Origin: Tubulanus polymorphus
Lineage: Eukaryota > Animalia > Nemertea
DNA length: 64,000 nt
Direction: 5' to 3'
Assembly (NCBI RefSeq): GCF_964204645.1
Contig: NC_134031.1
Span: forward strand, 18,359,910-18,423,909
The notes beneath the pieces are model-generated. The model saw only the letters and a program-made list of their open reading frames with translations, was not told the origin of the DNA and did not search any database. A program made the translations under genes and the position numbers. Position 1 is the stretch's first letter, and each line of letters starts with the position of its first letter. Shown here piece by piece: positions 36,047-50,493 of this stretch.

Positions 36047-37196
36047 TTTACTACTGTTTATTCTACCAGTCTGAAATGTTCATTAGATTCTATTGATACC
36101 GATTTTAACAATAACAGAAAAACACTACCAACAACACAGCTGATGGAAGATGATGACGTCAGGGGCTTTCCTGGATTTCCCCTCGGAATTCCTTTTACTC
36201 GCATGCCAGTGAACGCCACGAAACAATTCAATTTCTTTTTATTGGATACAATACAATACATAACTTTATTGGCGCAGAAAACGCAATAAAACTTTCGAGC
36301 ATAAGAAGTTAGCGGAAATATGCCACGAAGCAATACAGGGACTCCAAGTTAATCAGCAGTGTAGTAGCAAGTGCCGAGCGCCGGATTTTTTTGATGGAAT
36401 GATTTGGAATAGCAGTACCAGAAGAAATATCCTGGTTCCCATTCAGATCCTGAGAGTGACTATTTTTCATTTGAAGGAAAAGAGTACCGTTCATACGAAT
36501 ATCAAATTTGATTTTAGGGAAAGTTAAGTAATTTTAGCGAGTTAAGAGATTTCTTAATCCTCTGCGAGATCCCCCGAGTGGAGTTCATTGCCAATTGATC
36601 TTCTTCTGTAACCGATAATAAAATTGTGTCCCAATTTGCTGCCGACGGAATTACCGTTTTTTAACGGAATTACTTTTTACAGTGTAGGCCCAGTGTCACT
36701 GAAAGCAATGCCATCGCTGGAAGGACCGTGGAAACGCGTTCTAATGGAAAAATCGAGGACGTGGGGCATAAATGAGCCTGTATGTAGAGCATAAGCGCAA
36801 GTATAAACATTGAAACTAATAATTATGGGACTGATGGGTCGGAATGGCTTTCATGATGAATGCAAGTTTCCATTTACGACCCGTTTCTAGTTTACAGGCC
36901 TTTGTTATTATTAGGCATCAGTTAGGGCACCATTTGGTAATCATAATTACTGCAATTAAAGCAATTAACAATTCGCTCCAAGTGCAATAATAGTCTAGCG
37001 GATTACAATTCGAGCTTAATTGATTTCAGTGGGAATCAGGCCAAACAGTTCATTTAAACCGACGGACACGAACAGAAGCAGGGTTCTGTGCGTATCGGGA
37101 AACTTTATGTAGAGATCACGTTGCAACTTGGGTTCTGTGTCGAGTCTATTAGTCTAAAGCCGTTGTTTTTAGATATCAAGTGCTATAACACCATCT

Positions 37197-37317
37197 GGGA
37201 CCGGTTTTATAGATTGGTATATATTACTTAAACCCTTGGGTTACGGCAACTCAATTGAAATTGAATTGAGTTAGCCCCCGGGTCGAAGATAATACCAGTG
37301 TATAAAACCAGTTCCTG
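37197..37317. mobile_element. Short palindromic MITE
   Basis: ggaccggttttatagattggtat ... ataccagtgtataaaaccagttcc. A related copy lies at about 48771-48875. Confidence 0.6.
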
Positions 37318-40300
37318 AATATTTCACAATGAAGCTCGGTTCCTGTTTGCGGCGGACCTCTCTCCCCCACCTGGTACTTTGTATCACTGTCAGTGAATTT
37401 CACAAAATAAGACTTTGCCTGATTCCCAATTTTCGTAGAGTTGCGCATTATTCCAGTGTTAAATGAAATAAATTATAATATTTTGAGTACTTATTCAGAA
37501 GAATTAGCCAGTTCCTTGAAGTTGAGCGTAATGCTGTCTAAACAGTTCCAAATATTCGTTACCAAAATCTCCCTAAGTTGGATCGAGGGTGTACAGAATA
37601 CATGATTTGATTCCGCGCTTGTTGGTAAGTATAGAGGGAAGAAACTATGAGTGACGTTTCGACTCCAACTCTAAAACGTCATAACTCTCTTAGTTGGAAA
37701 ATGTCGAAACAGCACCGTTCTCTCGGCTCTCAAATAGCCACTGATCTCTTAGTTTTTCTTCATAATCATCGGGTTTTCTTTAATTGAATAAATAACAGTC
37801 ATGGAAGCTGGATTTGGAATAGGGTGGAAGGGAACGTCTCTCAACTCAAATAATCGTCATACGAATCGGCGATGATTTCGTGAGCTGGCTCGCGCGCGCG
37901 CGCATCCCCTCTCCCAGTCGCGATAGAGTCTCTGGTTTTGACAAGCAGACTATTGGATGATAATTGGAGGTTATTGTATGAAACGATGAACTCGTCGCCG
38001 GCGTTGCGACGGTTCTGCTGCAATTTGAGAGAAGCGTTCATTATTTAATGAAAACTTAATTATTCAGCGTCTCGGACAGAAGCATCAGCAGCAGCGGCAC
38101 CAGCAGCACCAACCACAGCGGCAGTACGGAACAGGTTAATGTTTCGTTGACCCGTTAGGATCATAAATTCGGTGGCTATCAATTTGTCTGATCATAAACG
38201 CACAGGCAGAAACGAACGGATTAACGGATTATCTCGAGAATTATTGTGCGGATTAAATCTAAGGATCAATTGGTGAGTTAATAAGTTTATTCATCAAGTT
38301 AATTGTTAGTAAAATTATAATAATCGTAGAAACGAAGAATTCACTTTCTGGAAGTAAGAATTTTGGAATTATTGTAATTTGATTAAGAATCCGAATCTAG
38401 CGAATGCTTTAGGATACATGTATTCACTTATTTCACAGGAGAAAATTGTTGTTGTTTATTTTTTCAATGAAATGGAGACGTAGGGATTAACGAAACAATA
38501 ATTCATGATATTCGTATAAAGATAAACGCGAACCTGGGAAAATTACTTAACTATATTTACTTCATTACTTCGATTATTTGCTTTGGGACCAGTAAACATA
38601 GTGGGGCGACCACTCAGGTGTGCTGACCGGTAATAGCATTCACTTACGTACAATATCCTGTACATTCTATCATAGTAAAATAGCCGAATAGCCCGTACAC
38701 TTCGACGCGGAGAAGAGATGATCTGAACCCACTAAATGCACAATTCAAAAAGATTAAAAGCAATTTAAAAAGATCATCAGTCTCTTTTTAATCAAGGCTT
38801 ATTTTCCAAAATAATTTTTTAGCCACTCAAAAGACCTCGTTTATGGAAACATATTCGAAAAATATTCTAACCAATACAAATATATAAAGTTAAGGTTGGT
38901 AAGTATTTTAAATAGGCAAAAAACCAACAAAAGGGCTTTTGGTTTTGTACAAGCGAACTGTTTACAAGATAAATTTCACGTATGTTTATAACATGAGAAA
39001 AGTTTTACACCTAGAGCTCCTTACTGTACGTCATTATAAACACAATTACGAACAATTTTCATAGACAAATATAGTCTCTATATTATTACGTATTCTACTT
39101 TCCACAAAGTGATCGCAAATTGACCAAACAACTAATATACATGTATATTATGTACACGTTTAATGAGAAAAATACTGAACCGAATCGAGAAAACTATATA
39201 AATACTTATTATGGGAAAATAGACTGAAATCACATATTAGCCTAATATGTACGTAATACTAGACTGATACAGGCTTTCTCCATCCCCTTCTCTCCCCACT
39301 CTGCCTCCACTCTCTCTTACCACTCTCTCCCGGGTTCTCCCTCTCACCTCCTCTGCCTCTCCCTTCAGTCTCTTCTCACTTCCCCGGGCCTCTCTCATCT
39401 CTTTTATCCCAATTTCGTTCTCCCCACCCCCAACTCCTCTCTCATATATGTATTACATGGCCTAACGCGTTACATTCTAAATGATGAAATGATGATGAAA
39501 CCGTGAGTGAAATTAACGCTAAAAGTCGATGTCGTGTTTGCCTGGTACCCGTGGGAGACAACCAGCGAAACAGACCATCTGACACAATCGCTATACTGTA
39601 CAATCCTATAATATTATTATATTGACTCGTACAAATTTATAATTTAAACATTTCTCTCTCCCCGAGCATCAGGCAGCAGCAGCCGCAGCAGCAGCAGCAG
39701 CATCCATCAGATAAATTAGTCAACACGTAACGACAGAACAAAACGTCGAAATCAATTCAAACTGCGATACATAAAACCGCCGCCGCCTACGCGCGCTTGC
39801 CAGGGTAGGTGTTTCACATCCGGGCCTCGCCTGATACTAATTGCCATTTCGCGGAAACGAGAGATGCATTAGCCAGAAAAACGCTCATGGATCACAAAGC
39901 GTTTTAAAACTATTTACCCCGCGTATATTAATTAATATACGGATTGTTCACCGTTCATCGTTTTATACGGTTTTTATATTTCTGTGTCGGCACTTTAGAT
40001 ATCGATTACTCGCAGTTTGTGCCGGGTTGCGCGGCGTTCTAGCACCATCAAAGCGACTCGGTCGCCATTTTTAGTATTCACGCCTAAGTGGGCACATTTA
40101 GCACTGAAATTAACGACTCAATTAGCGACTCAAATAAGAAATTTCGATTAAAGTGTGAACATTATGAAATCGAGAGAAAAGATTAGTGAGTCGCACCCCT
40201 GTGAGCTATGTATGGGCAACCATAAGCCGAGGCTTAAGTGGGCCGGCTTTACAGTTAGGTATTACACTTAACCCGGGGGTTAACTCGGAACTGGGGACTG

Positions 40301-43154
40301 AGCGCGCTTTGCACTGCATTATATTCAAATAGATTTGACAAAGATGACGAAAAGTCGCTTGTAAATGTATGGTGCAGATATGTATTAAATATGGTTGTAT
40401 ATACAATGCATACCCGCTTGCCACAGCTCCCGTTGCTGAGCACATTTTTCCGGCTCGCGTGTGGGATCTATATTCTGCGCGCTAAATGCAGATTTTAAAA
40501 GTTGAGTTTTAAACAAGGAAATATGAATGAAATAAACACATTATGTTACTATACTTTCTTAAAATCACTGTAAAAAACAATTAAAAAAAAAACAAAAGAG
40601 TTCAGATAGATATGTAATTGATTATAGTGTGTAATCAATAGAAATCATCCACGCAAGTTTTGGATTTGGTGGTTTTGAATTAAATATATTTCAGAATGAT
40701 AACTAATTGGCCAAAAAAATTCAGGCCACTCAGGTTATTTTTATCGGCACTTAGCGAACATTTTCAAATTCATTTCTTCTTTTTTCCCTATTATGGTCGA
40801 GATGCCCCAGAGAATAAGAGTGAAAAGAATGACTGCCACCACCAGGACTCGAACCCACGTACCCTAAATTGACAAGGGGCCGAAATACGGTAATCCTCTA
40901 ATTCTATAATACTGTAATCCTCCGCAGCCAGTAGTCACCACGGGCTTCACGAGATTTCATGCTTCGGCGATGTATATACATTTGTCTGGATTTGACTGCA
41001 ATTAGTATTCAGGTCCGGAGACTAGTGATATTTGCCTATCTGTCCCGCGACGAACACCGAACAGTCAGCGGAAATATCGGATTCTATCGGCACTTGCACA
41101 TATCAATCTTTCCATCCCGCGCAGCCCCCGCAAACCAGAAAAACATATCATATACTAGAAGTTCATGTGCGGTTCTTGTTCGTTGTCGAGCGCGAGTGTT
41201 AATGCATATTGCTAAAAACCATTGGGAGGAATTGACATTAAAAATTGACGGTGTGGTTTCTATTTCCATACACACATCAACGTAATACACGTCGTCCATA
41301 TGCACCGATACGGTTATCAATAAATATGTATGATTGTGTATATGATTTCTAATCGACAAGGGATTCATTTTCCAGATTACTGTTAATGAATAAATAAAAC
41401 GTAAAACAGAAATAGACCGACGTCGTTCTGGAATCAGTCTACAGTTGTGTGGGTATAATCTGACTCTGGACCAAATTCCACAGTTGTGTGGGTTTGAATT
41501 GACTCTGGACCTAGTTCCACGGTTGTGCGAGTTTAATTTGACCCTCGGCCAAGTTCCACAGTTGTGGCTCTAGGCCCGAAGTTCTATAGCTGTGTGGGTT
41601 CAATTAAATCCGGGATTTAGTCTTACACGAGAATAGATTTTACCAAAATATATTGTATCTTGAGATGATCAATCATAAACCCGTGCCCTAGGCTTTTCCA
41701 CGCCTGAAACACGATCCGAAGCATGAAAATACCCGCTGAATAAAACATTTGGTTTTATATTAATTTTTTATTATCGGCACATGGTACATGATATTCATTT
41801 AGAGCGAAAACTGTTTCTCTATCAATTATTACGACATAACGCATTATTATGACATAGCGATATGACAGACGACAGAGCTCGCGTTGAATGATGGGAAACT
41901 GTTAGTTTGTTGCAGCCGATATTGACGTCGCTATAACAGTAGTTCATATAACCCACACCTATACAGAGAAACATCAATAGGCAAACACTTCACAACGTGT
42001 AAAACCAGTAAATTATTCATAATATCCCTCATTCTCTCTCCTCTCTCTTTCTCTCTTCTCCTCCTCTCTCCATGCATTCTATTTGTACTATATGATACAG
42101 ATACGTGATAGCCATGAAAGATATCACATTTAGAGCTCGGCTACTAGCTCGCCAGTCCTCAGCTCTGCGAATATGAGTGACCGAAGATCAAGGATTTGGT
42201 GCCCATTTGACAAGTTTCACACGGTTCTCGTTAAAGACTTTACTGTAGAATCATTGAAATGAAAATGAGTTAATTCAACTCTAACAGTCAAACTTAACTA
42301 ATCAGGGCGGACTTAGGATTTCTTCAAAGGATGTACAGAAAAAACACTTCATACCCGGCGCTCTAGAATCAAACTTAACTAATAACTGTGGAACTGGGTC
42401 CAGAACGACATAGCGTCATCGGTATTGTGGTGTCTGCTCATCTGATGAATGGCTTAACCTGTGAAACAGGGGCCCCTGATCTGTCAGGTTTCAATCTGTT
42501 CAAATTTTTCATTCCATATATAGATATCTTTTGCTTTGGGAATTCTGCCTGTGATACGAAGCGGGGATAATCAAAGTCTTTCAATTCGGAAACACGAATG
42601 ATAGAAAATAAAAATCACATTGTACAAATTAAAAGATTTTTTGAAAACGAACGAGAGATCAAAAGTTGAAATATCCATCCGTCAGGTGAGAAGATACACG
42701 TATACTTTTTAGTAAAATACATCGTACTATTGTAGGTTGATGTGTTGTACGTACATTATAACATATGGCTTCAAGTGAACTGAAGATATGTTGTATAAGT
42801 GATATAATGATATTTCAATGATATTTCATGATTAAGTGGCCTTTAATTGACTGATATATGAAGGTGAAGTTTTTCATTGAAACTGTTCTCATACAAACAC
42901 TTATCTAGAAACGCGTGCAGAATATTTCTTTTTTTAAAAATCTCGCATAGTTATTGAATGGGTGACTGCACAGCACATCACATCAGGATCCAGTTCTAAC
43001 AGTGTTGTGAGTTCCATTTCATGATGATGATAATTTCATTAATGTATTTTTCTTTATAGTGCAGCTGTGACATTAGTTTACAATAATCACAAAATAAAAA
43101 ACTAATATTAGGGTAAGAAACGTAGGTAAAAGGCAATCGAGTAAAAAGACTAAG

Positions 43155-43361
43155 GTCTATTTCAACTTGACTTGATTGCGGATTGCCCAAAAGATACTTT
43201 TTTTTTGCAATAATTCAATACAGTGTAAAATGGATTAAAGATCGATGTTTTAGTTCAACTGCCAGCCCTTTCTGGTCCTTGAAAGACCTATATCAGGTAT
43301 GTACCACCAAAACTGACTGTGCTTGGTCACCCGATGTCCAGTCAAGTCAAGTCGAAATAGA
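43155..43361. mobile_element. MITE with ~24-bp terminal inverted repeats
   Basis: gtctatttcaacttgacttgattg ... cagtcaagtcaagtcgaaatagac. Confidence 0.6.
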
Positions 43362-43539
43362 CATTAGCAAAGATAGCATGTGTTTAAGACTGTTAACTCA
43401 AATCTAACTCATGACAGTTGAACCGGATCAAGAGATACTAACGATAGAATAAAATATCTTATTAATTTTAATATTTTGCAGGAATTGAGGATATTTTACA
43501 CAACAGTTTTTCAACGGTGAACGCGCGTACGTCGAAACT

Positions 43540-46500
43540 ATGTGCTTATCGTCCCAATTGAGGGCGCTGCGGTCGCTTTTTTCGACCATCGCCAACCGTA
43601 GAAAATTGATAGTTCCAGAAGAGGCTGATCACATTCTGCAGAAAAACGAGGGCGAAAAATTGGACAAATGTTTGAATTTATTCGATTTGGTGATGTTAGG
43701 AACCGGAAGTTGTTTGGGTTCCGGTATGTATATTGTTGTCGGATTCGTTGCTAAGGATATCGCTGGACCCGGTGTAGTACTCTCTTTTCTGATTGGTGGA
43801 TTCGCTTCGTTTTTGTCTGGTAAGATTTTTTTGATAGACAACAATCTTTGGGGAAATTTCTTGTAGATTCGCAGACTTGCTTAGTTCACAGGAACTCCTG
43901 AAGAGGGCGAAAGATCTCTTACATGATATTCGAATCATTAACCCAAAACCTCAAAATAAACAGTCGTTTCTAAATATGTTGAAAGGCGTTAGAAAAATAA
44001 TTTGTAGTTTTCTGTGGGTCTAAAAGGTATCTTGATTGATTTATCCCATCTGGCGGATTTTCCGTGAAGTTAAATTATAATGCTTTTGTGATTTTACGAT
44101 AGACGTTTTCGATAGCAATACGAACGACAATGACACTGCGCCAAAAGATCCGTTCTAGTATCCTGTATTATTTTCAGGGATCTGTTATGCCGAGTTCGGG
44201 TGCAGGGTACCCAAGACGGCTGGAGGGGCGTATGTTTACAGTTACGTGACGGTTGGAGAGTTGATCGCGTTTGTGACTGGTTGGAATCTAATACTGGAAT
44301 ATATGATCGGAACAGCTAGCGGAGCTATAGGAATTAGTGCTTTAATTAATACGTTATCTAACGGTAAAATAGCCGAGTATATGACACAGCATACATTCCC
44401 TGTTATAGGTAAGTCTTAACGGGTAAACTCAAACGGCTACTGCGGTGATCGAGGATTCCGCTCATGGCAATTGACGATCCGCTAGGTTCGCTGGTAGTTA
44501 CTCAATATCATCCATTTTTCAGTTAGAATCGAATGCACTTTTCACTTGTATGAGTAAATGGAAATTGTTTTATCGTTTCAGGTCGCGCATATCCGGATTT
44601 CATCGCATTCGGTATTGGTCTAATGATGACCGCTGTTCTAGCCATGGGAGTCAAATCATCTGTGAAGTTCAATAATGCGTTGAACGTCATCAATTTGGTG
44701 GTTTGGGTGTTCGCCATAGTAACGGGGGCGTTTTATGCGGTGCCGAGTATGTGGTGGCAACATGGCTTCCTTCCATACGGGATGTCCGGGGTATACTCGA
44801 ATTTTTTTACAATCCTTTTCTTTTGCTGTAGATAATGAAGACACTTAAAAATCTATGAATATTCAATTACGTACGATTCATCGAATGATAAGAAAAATAT
44901 AATATAAATATAATATCAGTCTATAAAACCTAGTCATTGAATTTCTTTTACATACAAAAAAGAAATAAAAGTTTTTTTTTATAAACTATTCTTTTTAAGA
45001 CTTTTATTTCTAAAAAGGTGATGATTATTCAAATGAAACTTTATTGAAACTGAAATAGATTTGTTTTTTTTTCTGTATTTGAACAGGTATTTAGCGGAGC
45101 TGCCACTTGTTTCTACGCGTTTATCGGGTTCGATCTGTTAGCCACAACCGGCGAGGAGACGCGTAACGCTGGACGCGTTATCCCGATAGCCGTCGTCTTA
45201 ACGCTAGTCATATGTCTGACCGTTTACGTTACCGTAAGCGTAATCGTGACGTTGATGGTTCCGTATTTCGACGTCGTTACGAATTCGGCGCTGATTTCGG
45301 TGTTCAAACAACGTCACGTACCAGGGGCGGAATATGTTGTGACCGGAGGGGCGCTGTGTGGATTGATCGTTTCGCTTCTAGGTTCGGCTTTTCCGATGCC
45401 CAGAATCATCTACGCGATGGGATCAGACGGTGTCCTATTCACGTATGTACATGTACTGAATACTACATCCTTGCTTGCCAGGGTTCCAACGAGCTACCGC
45501 CGTGAGAGGCTTTTATACCGAACAGTGACAAGCGAGGATATGTAACTACTCATAGTCCAGTCACGAATTTAGAAATTAACCCAAAATTTGTCAGCTGTTA
45601 GTTGCCAACTATTGACGAAATAAAGCGAAAATATCTTTTTGAGTTCTTCTTGTTGAGTCTTAATTTCACGCCTACTGTTGTTTCTTCATTGAAGTAATAA
45701 AGGACCTGAGTGAAAGCTATGAGTAAACTGTACATATTTTTGTGTCTGTTTTTCCAGGTTTTTGTCTAAAATTACGCCGTCAACTAAAACCCCACTCGTA
45801 GCTACGATCATTTCCGGTGTCATGGCGGCTTTATTGTCGCTAATAATTGGCTTGAAAGCGTTGATTGAAATGATGTCAATAGGTTTGTATAGTACCTACC
45901 ACAACTTAGCACAACTCAGCCTGAGTACCTACTACCCTACAGAACATACCACAACTAATCATTATTTTCGTTGGTAATAATTGCAGGTACATTATTAGCG
46001 TACAGCATGGTTTCATTATCGATACTGATTCTGAGATATCGTCCTCACGAGGAAGATATCGAGATGCAGGTGACGACCACCACACTTCCGGTAACCGACG
46101 ACCGAGAAAAAGACGTCGAAAGCCGCGACGTAATCAACACAAACCGTGACGTAATCAACAACACGGAAAAAGTTCTAGACGCAAAAACCCGAGTTGTGAA
46201 ATACGAGACAGAAAGGCCACCGACACCTTTCGATCCACCCCTAAAACAGAACAGTTTAAATAGCAACGGTTACATCGCCGAATCGCCGGAACCGGAGATG
46301 ATGTCACAATATCAGCACGATTTCACCGCCAGTACCGGAAGTTACGAATACGAACGATTCGGCGACGACGATGAAGACATCGACGACTCGAAAGCGTCGT
46401 ATTGGTTTGAGAGTCTGAGGCCGTATTTCGATAATAAGCGCTCGACAGTAGCGACCGATCACAGTTCATATCGCGTATCACGGGTTATCTGGGTTTATCT

Positions 46501-48052
46501 AGCCGTGATATTGGCGTTGTGTTTATTGCTGGTTTTAGGCGAAGAGATTTTGATTTCTGGTGTTCTGTGGATCTATTTCGTAATCGCGGCTTTAGTTATC
46601 ATATGTTTGCTGTTGATGCTCAGTTTATGGTGTCAGCCTGTGAGCAGGTGAGTCACTGGATACAAACGATTCATAAAAACCAATTTAGACCATCTCAGTT
46701 CTATAGCCAATCTAACAACTTCTACGCCCATTTTAGTTCAATACCCATCCTAACAACACTGAAGACCAGTTTAAAATCATTTTGGTTCTCTAACCAATCT
46801 AACAACTTAAGACCAGTCTGAGCGAATTTTGATTCCAATACGATTTAAGACACGACTGTTAAACTGGATATTAAAGATTCAATTCACAAATGAAGCGTAA
46901 AAGGTCGCTGAATGCACGAGAAGGCTGTGATTAGTAACTTACCAAAATTTTACTAATCGTCGAAGTCATTACGAATGAGAAGGTCATCGTTGTTCTAATT
47001 CAGACTGTGTCTATTTTGATTTACAGAAAGACGTGTAATTTCATGACACCCGCTCTACCGTTTCTTCCGTGTTGCGCGCTATTCGTGAATGTGTATCTAA
47101 TGTTGAAATTATCCCCGTTCACTTGGGTTCGATTCATTGTCTGGATGACTATAGGTAAAACATGATGTGAGAAATTCTAAAAATACAGTAGATGTCCTTT
47201 AGAACTATTGGGACGAATAGAAAATTTGCCGTTATAACGAATATGGCAGCGTTATAAAGAATGGTTTTTAACGTTTCCGCTTTTTTTAAGAACGGTATTT
47301 CAAATGAATTTGAGTTGGATAGTGCAAATTTGTTCTCTGAAAAATGTTGGTGTTAAGAGAGCAGTAGCATTAAAAACGATGGCAGCGTTGTAACGAACTT
47401 TAACTGTAATTTCAACTATCCAAACTTCAATAATACTGACTCATGGACCCAGTTTTGAAGAGAAGACTCAGATTCCAGGACCAGTTCAGGCTAGAACCTA
47501 GGTCCTAGAACGATTCAATTACAGAAATTGGCGCCGAGGTCTCTGGTTTATTTAAGGGCAAGGCTCAGCTAGGTATCACGTATAGTTGCAATCGAACAGC
47601 GTATGACCATTGTTTCCATTGGAGTCAACGACTGTGGAACTGCACCCGAAGTCTGACTACAGATTACTTTTTGCACGGCGCTTTTTCCTCTTTGATTACG
47701 CCAAATCAGTTGTCAAACACAATAAGTGATCTAGAGGAAAGAAACTCGACTTTCCCCTGATTATCCTTTGTTTCCAGCACTGGTTAGCAAACAAACGTCA
47801 CATGCATGACGTCACTTGCATAATAAATTTCCAAATTGATTTTATTTTATTTTTTTTCATCCAGTTTACAACTTTCTATTCTATTCTGCAGGATTTGGAA
47901 TATATTTCACGTATGGCGTGAAAACGGCCGAAAAGATTTACAAAGAACGCGAAGAGGTTTTAGAATTACTGAGTAAAAACACTCACCACAAAAGCAGCAT
48001 CAGCGGTAGCAAATCCGACAAACCGGACGACATCACAGACGATCTAAGATGA
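43540..48052 (+). CDS. SLC7A14: Cationic amino acid transporter (APC/SLC7 CAT family), SLC7A14-like, 716 aa
   Basis: Exons 43540-43819, 44178-44408, 44582-44790, 45087-45442, 45758-45882, 45987-46647, 47027-47154, 47892-48052 (2151 nt). Motifs [66 protein letters not shown], a long acidic insert, and TWVRF. The long insert favours SLC7A14. Probable non-coding 5' exon ending at donor 38272; acceptor at 43481. Confidence 0.9.
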
Positions 48053-50459
48053 GATCTGAGACTGTTTTTAGATCATAAACTAAAATTAACAGTCGTATTA
48101 TTGTCATATCCCGCGGCTGAAGATAAACTAAGACTACGGCACTTCATTAACGTGGGATTTATAGACAGTGACTGGCTATACGGAAATCACGATATCCCGT
48201 GTGTATCTAGCGTGGGCTATTCATATTAATAATAACATCTACTACACAATAACAACCTCCGATTTTTTAAGTAATAATAGAGAATTCCACAGTAATAACG
48301 AACACGTGATATGATGTCCGAAATGAGAATATAGTCGAAATGTTTGATAAACTGCTAGCTCAAGGAAAAACATTTTCGGACTTATATTATTTTTTCGTCA
48401 TCATTATGGAATTCTCTGCATACTATCGTCAGTATACACGCGTGTAGTGTTTCATCAATGGTCAACGTGTAATGGTTAATTTTATTTTGCGAATTGGCAA
48501 AAGCGAATAGTATCCGGATGTATGATCTTTAGGACTGTAAAATATAAACGCATGACCTTGTGTGACCTGTGACACCTAGGACGATTCCATCGATTTTGGT
48601 TGATTTAAAGATATTATTGAGTGTTCTTTGCGTGGATTTAAGTATCCTCGGACTCAAATATGTAGCTTATTAAGAATGAACCTGATTGATCCGGAGAAGT
48701 GAACGTTGAACAACAGTCAGCCCCCGATATACCATCCCCTGATATACCGCCACCCCATAGCCTAACGCTAGGGTCCTGGTTTATAGACAGCTTTAAACCG
48801 GGGCTAACTCAGAGCATTTTTAATTGAACTAACCCTCGGATTTAAATATAAAACAGTCCATAAAACCAGACCCAGGTTTCTCTTTCTGATAACGAAACAT
48901 TGGTATTTTGTGTTGGAACTAATCTGAATTAACCCCCATTACCGTCATACTTTCTTTGCCACCCAAATCCAAATAATGGGTACCGTATTTGGGAAGGGTT
49001 GGGTGCGGTACATCGGGGGCCTTGACTGTCTATTTTTTAGTCATGCGCCTGTAAGTCATCGAGTACGATCGATAAATCAGAGAACCGATAAATTCTCTGT
49101 AGTGAGACGGATCACGTGTAAAATCCGTCTGCGCCAAGTTGAACTCTGTCTAGAGAGTTCTCTTGACGAATTGTCTTTGTTTGTAGTCGTGTTGTGTACG
49201 GTATGTTTAACGGTCGAGATTAATTAAAAAATCCCCTCTGTAATAAATTACCTTTCCTTTTATTAATATCCCGACTAGCGCCATGTTGTTGTGTTATGTG
49301 TATGAGGCCTCCTCTCTCTCTCAATAAACGTCATTCTCATAACGTATCGTGTAATTGTGTCTTGCGTGAGTAAGAGCACTCAGTCCCACAGTCGGGGCCC
49401 AGAAGTTGTTAAACTTGTCTTGGTTTGAATAATTGGCAAATTAGTTTTCAGTGACGATGAAAATTCAAGCTTAACCAAGCTTTAAGTTTAGTTGCTGTTG
49501 GTCACTTTATGTTTTAGATGTGATGACAACAATTCGAACTTAACCGTTTTACGCTTAGACTTATTCCCGAAACTGGTATGGCCCTTGGATTCGACTCGGG
49601 TCTGTTTTAGAGATTGACTCCTAACCGCTTCAAAATTAACTGAATTCGCGAAGAATCGATATAAGAATTGAACTTGTTGTTAAAAAGCGGTCAAATAATG
49701 AAGATGTCATGATTTGTCTTTTAATCATTGAGTCGCCCTTTTTTGAATACAAGTTATTATCAGTTCCGAATTTTCACATTCAAATTGCGAATTTTCATAA
49801 TTTCATCAAGATTTTGCCATAAAAGGTCGAAAAAACGCCTCTTTCAAGCTCTGAATTTCGAAAATTAATACTAGGAATCTTCGATTGCAATTCCCAAGAT
49901 CCAGAAATATCGGCGAATACGGTACAAAGTATGGAATATAGTTCCGCTTGTATTCATTCTGACCCCCTTTAGAATATCCTAGTGACGCCCCCTGGTGCTA
50001 ACAGGTTGTGGAACTGAAATCTGTAACCAGACAATGCATTTTTATTTTTCTGCCTGTGATTATGAAACGAATACATATTGTATACTAAATTATGCTAAGT
50101 TATGAAATGTATACTACATTATCAATAAATGGAAAACTGATTGAATCTGAAAATGAATCCAGTAATTCTTTTTTCCTTTTTTTGATATTACAGTTTATAG
50201 CTTAGACTTTTGTTCAACTTGTAACCTGTAGCAGTAACATCATGACGGTCATCAAGTAAATGGTGCAAGTGTCACATTTCATGATTCAATTTTCCATCAG
50301 ATTTACCACCCGGATCCGTCCAAACGATTTAGGCTAAACCACTTTGTTTTCGCCGAGTTTTCTCACCGACTGCTGCATTAGCTTTCCGTGTGTCAATGAA
50401 GAAAGGGGGAAATTCCTTATTTGATGTATTTGATGATATTTGATGTAATAATCATTTCT

Positions 50460-50493
50460 CAATTGAAGAAGGCTTGAAGGCCGAAACGTTTTG
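50460..50493 (+). ncRNA. Variant minimal hammerhead-like motif (Penelope pLTR-type remnant)
   Basis: caa-TTGAAGA-aggcttgaaggcc-GAAA-cg-TT-ttg: stem I caa/ttg, stem II ggc/gcc, core C3 replaced by U. Confidence 0.5.

Noticed and set aside
40831-40895. tRNA-like T-arm (GGGTTCGAGTCC) on the minus strand
   Set aside because: No D-arm or acceptor-stem pairing; at most a SINE fragment.
42440-42485. CTGATGA...GAAAC followed by a caggggcccctg palindrome
   Set aside because: No stem II pairing and no correctly placed UH cleavage site.
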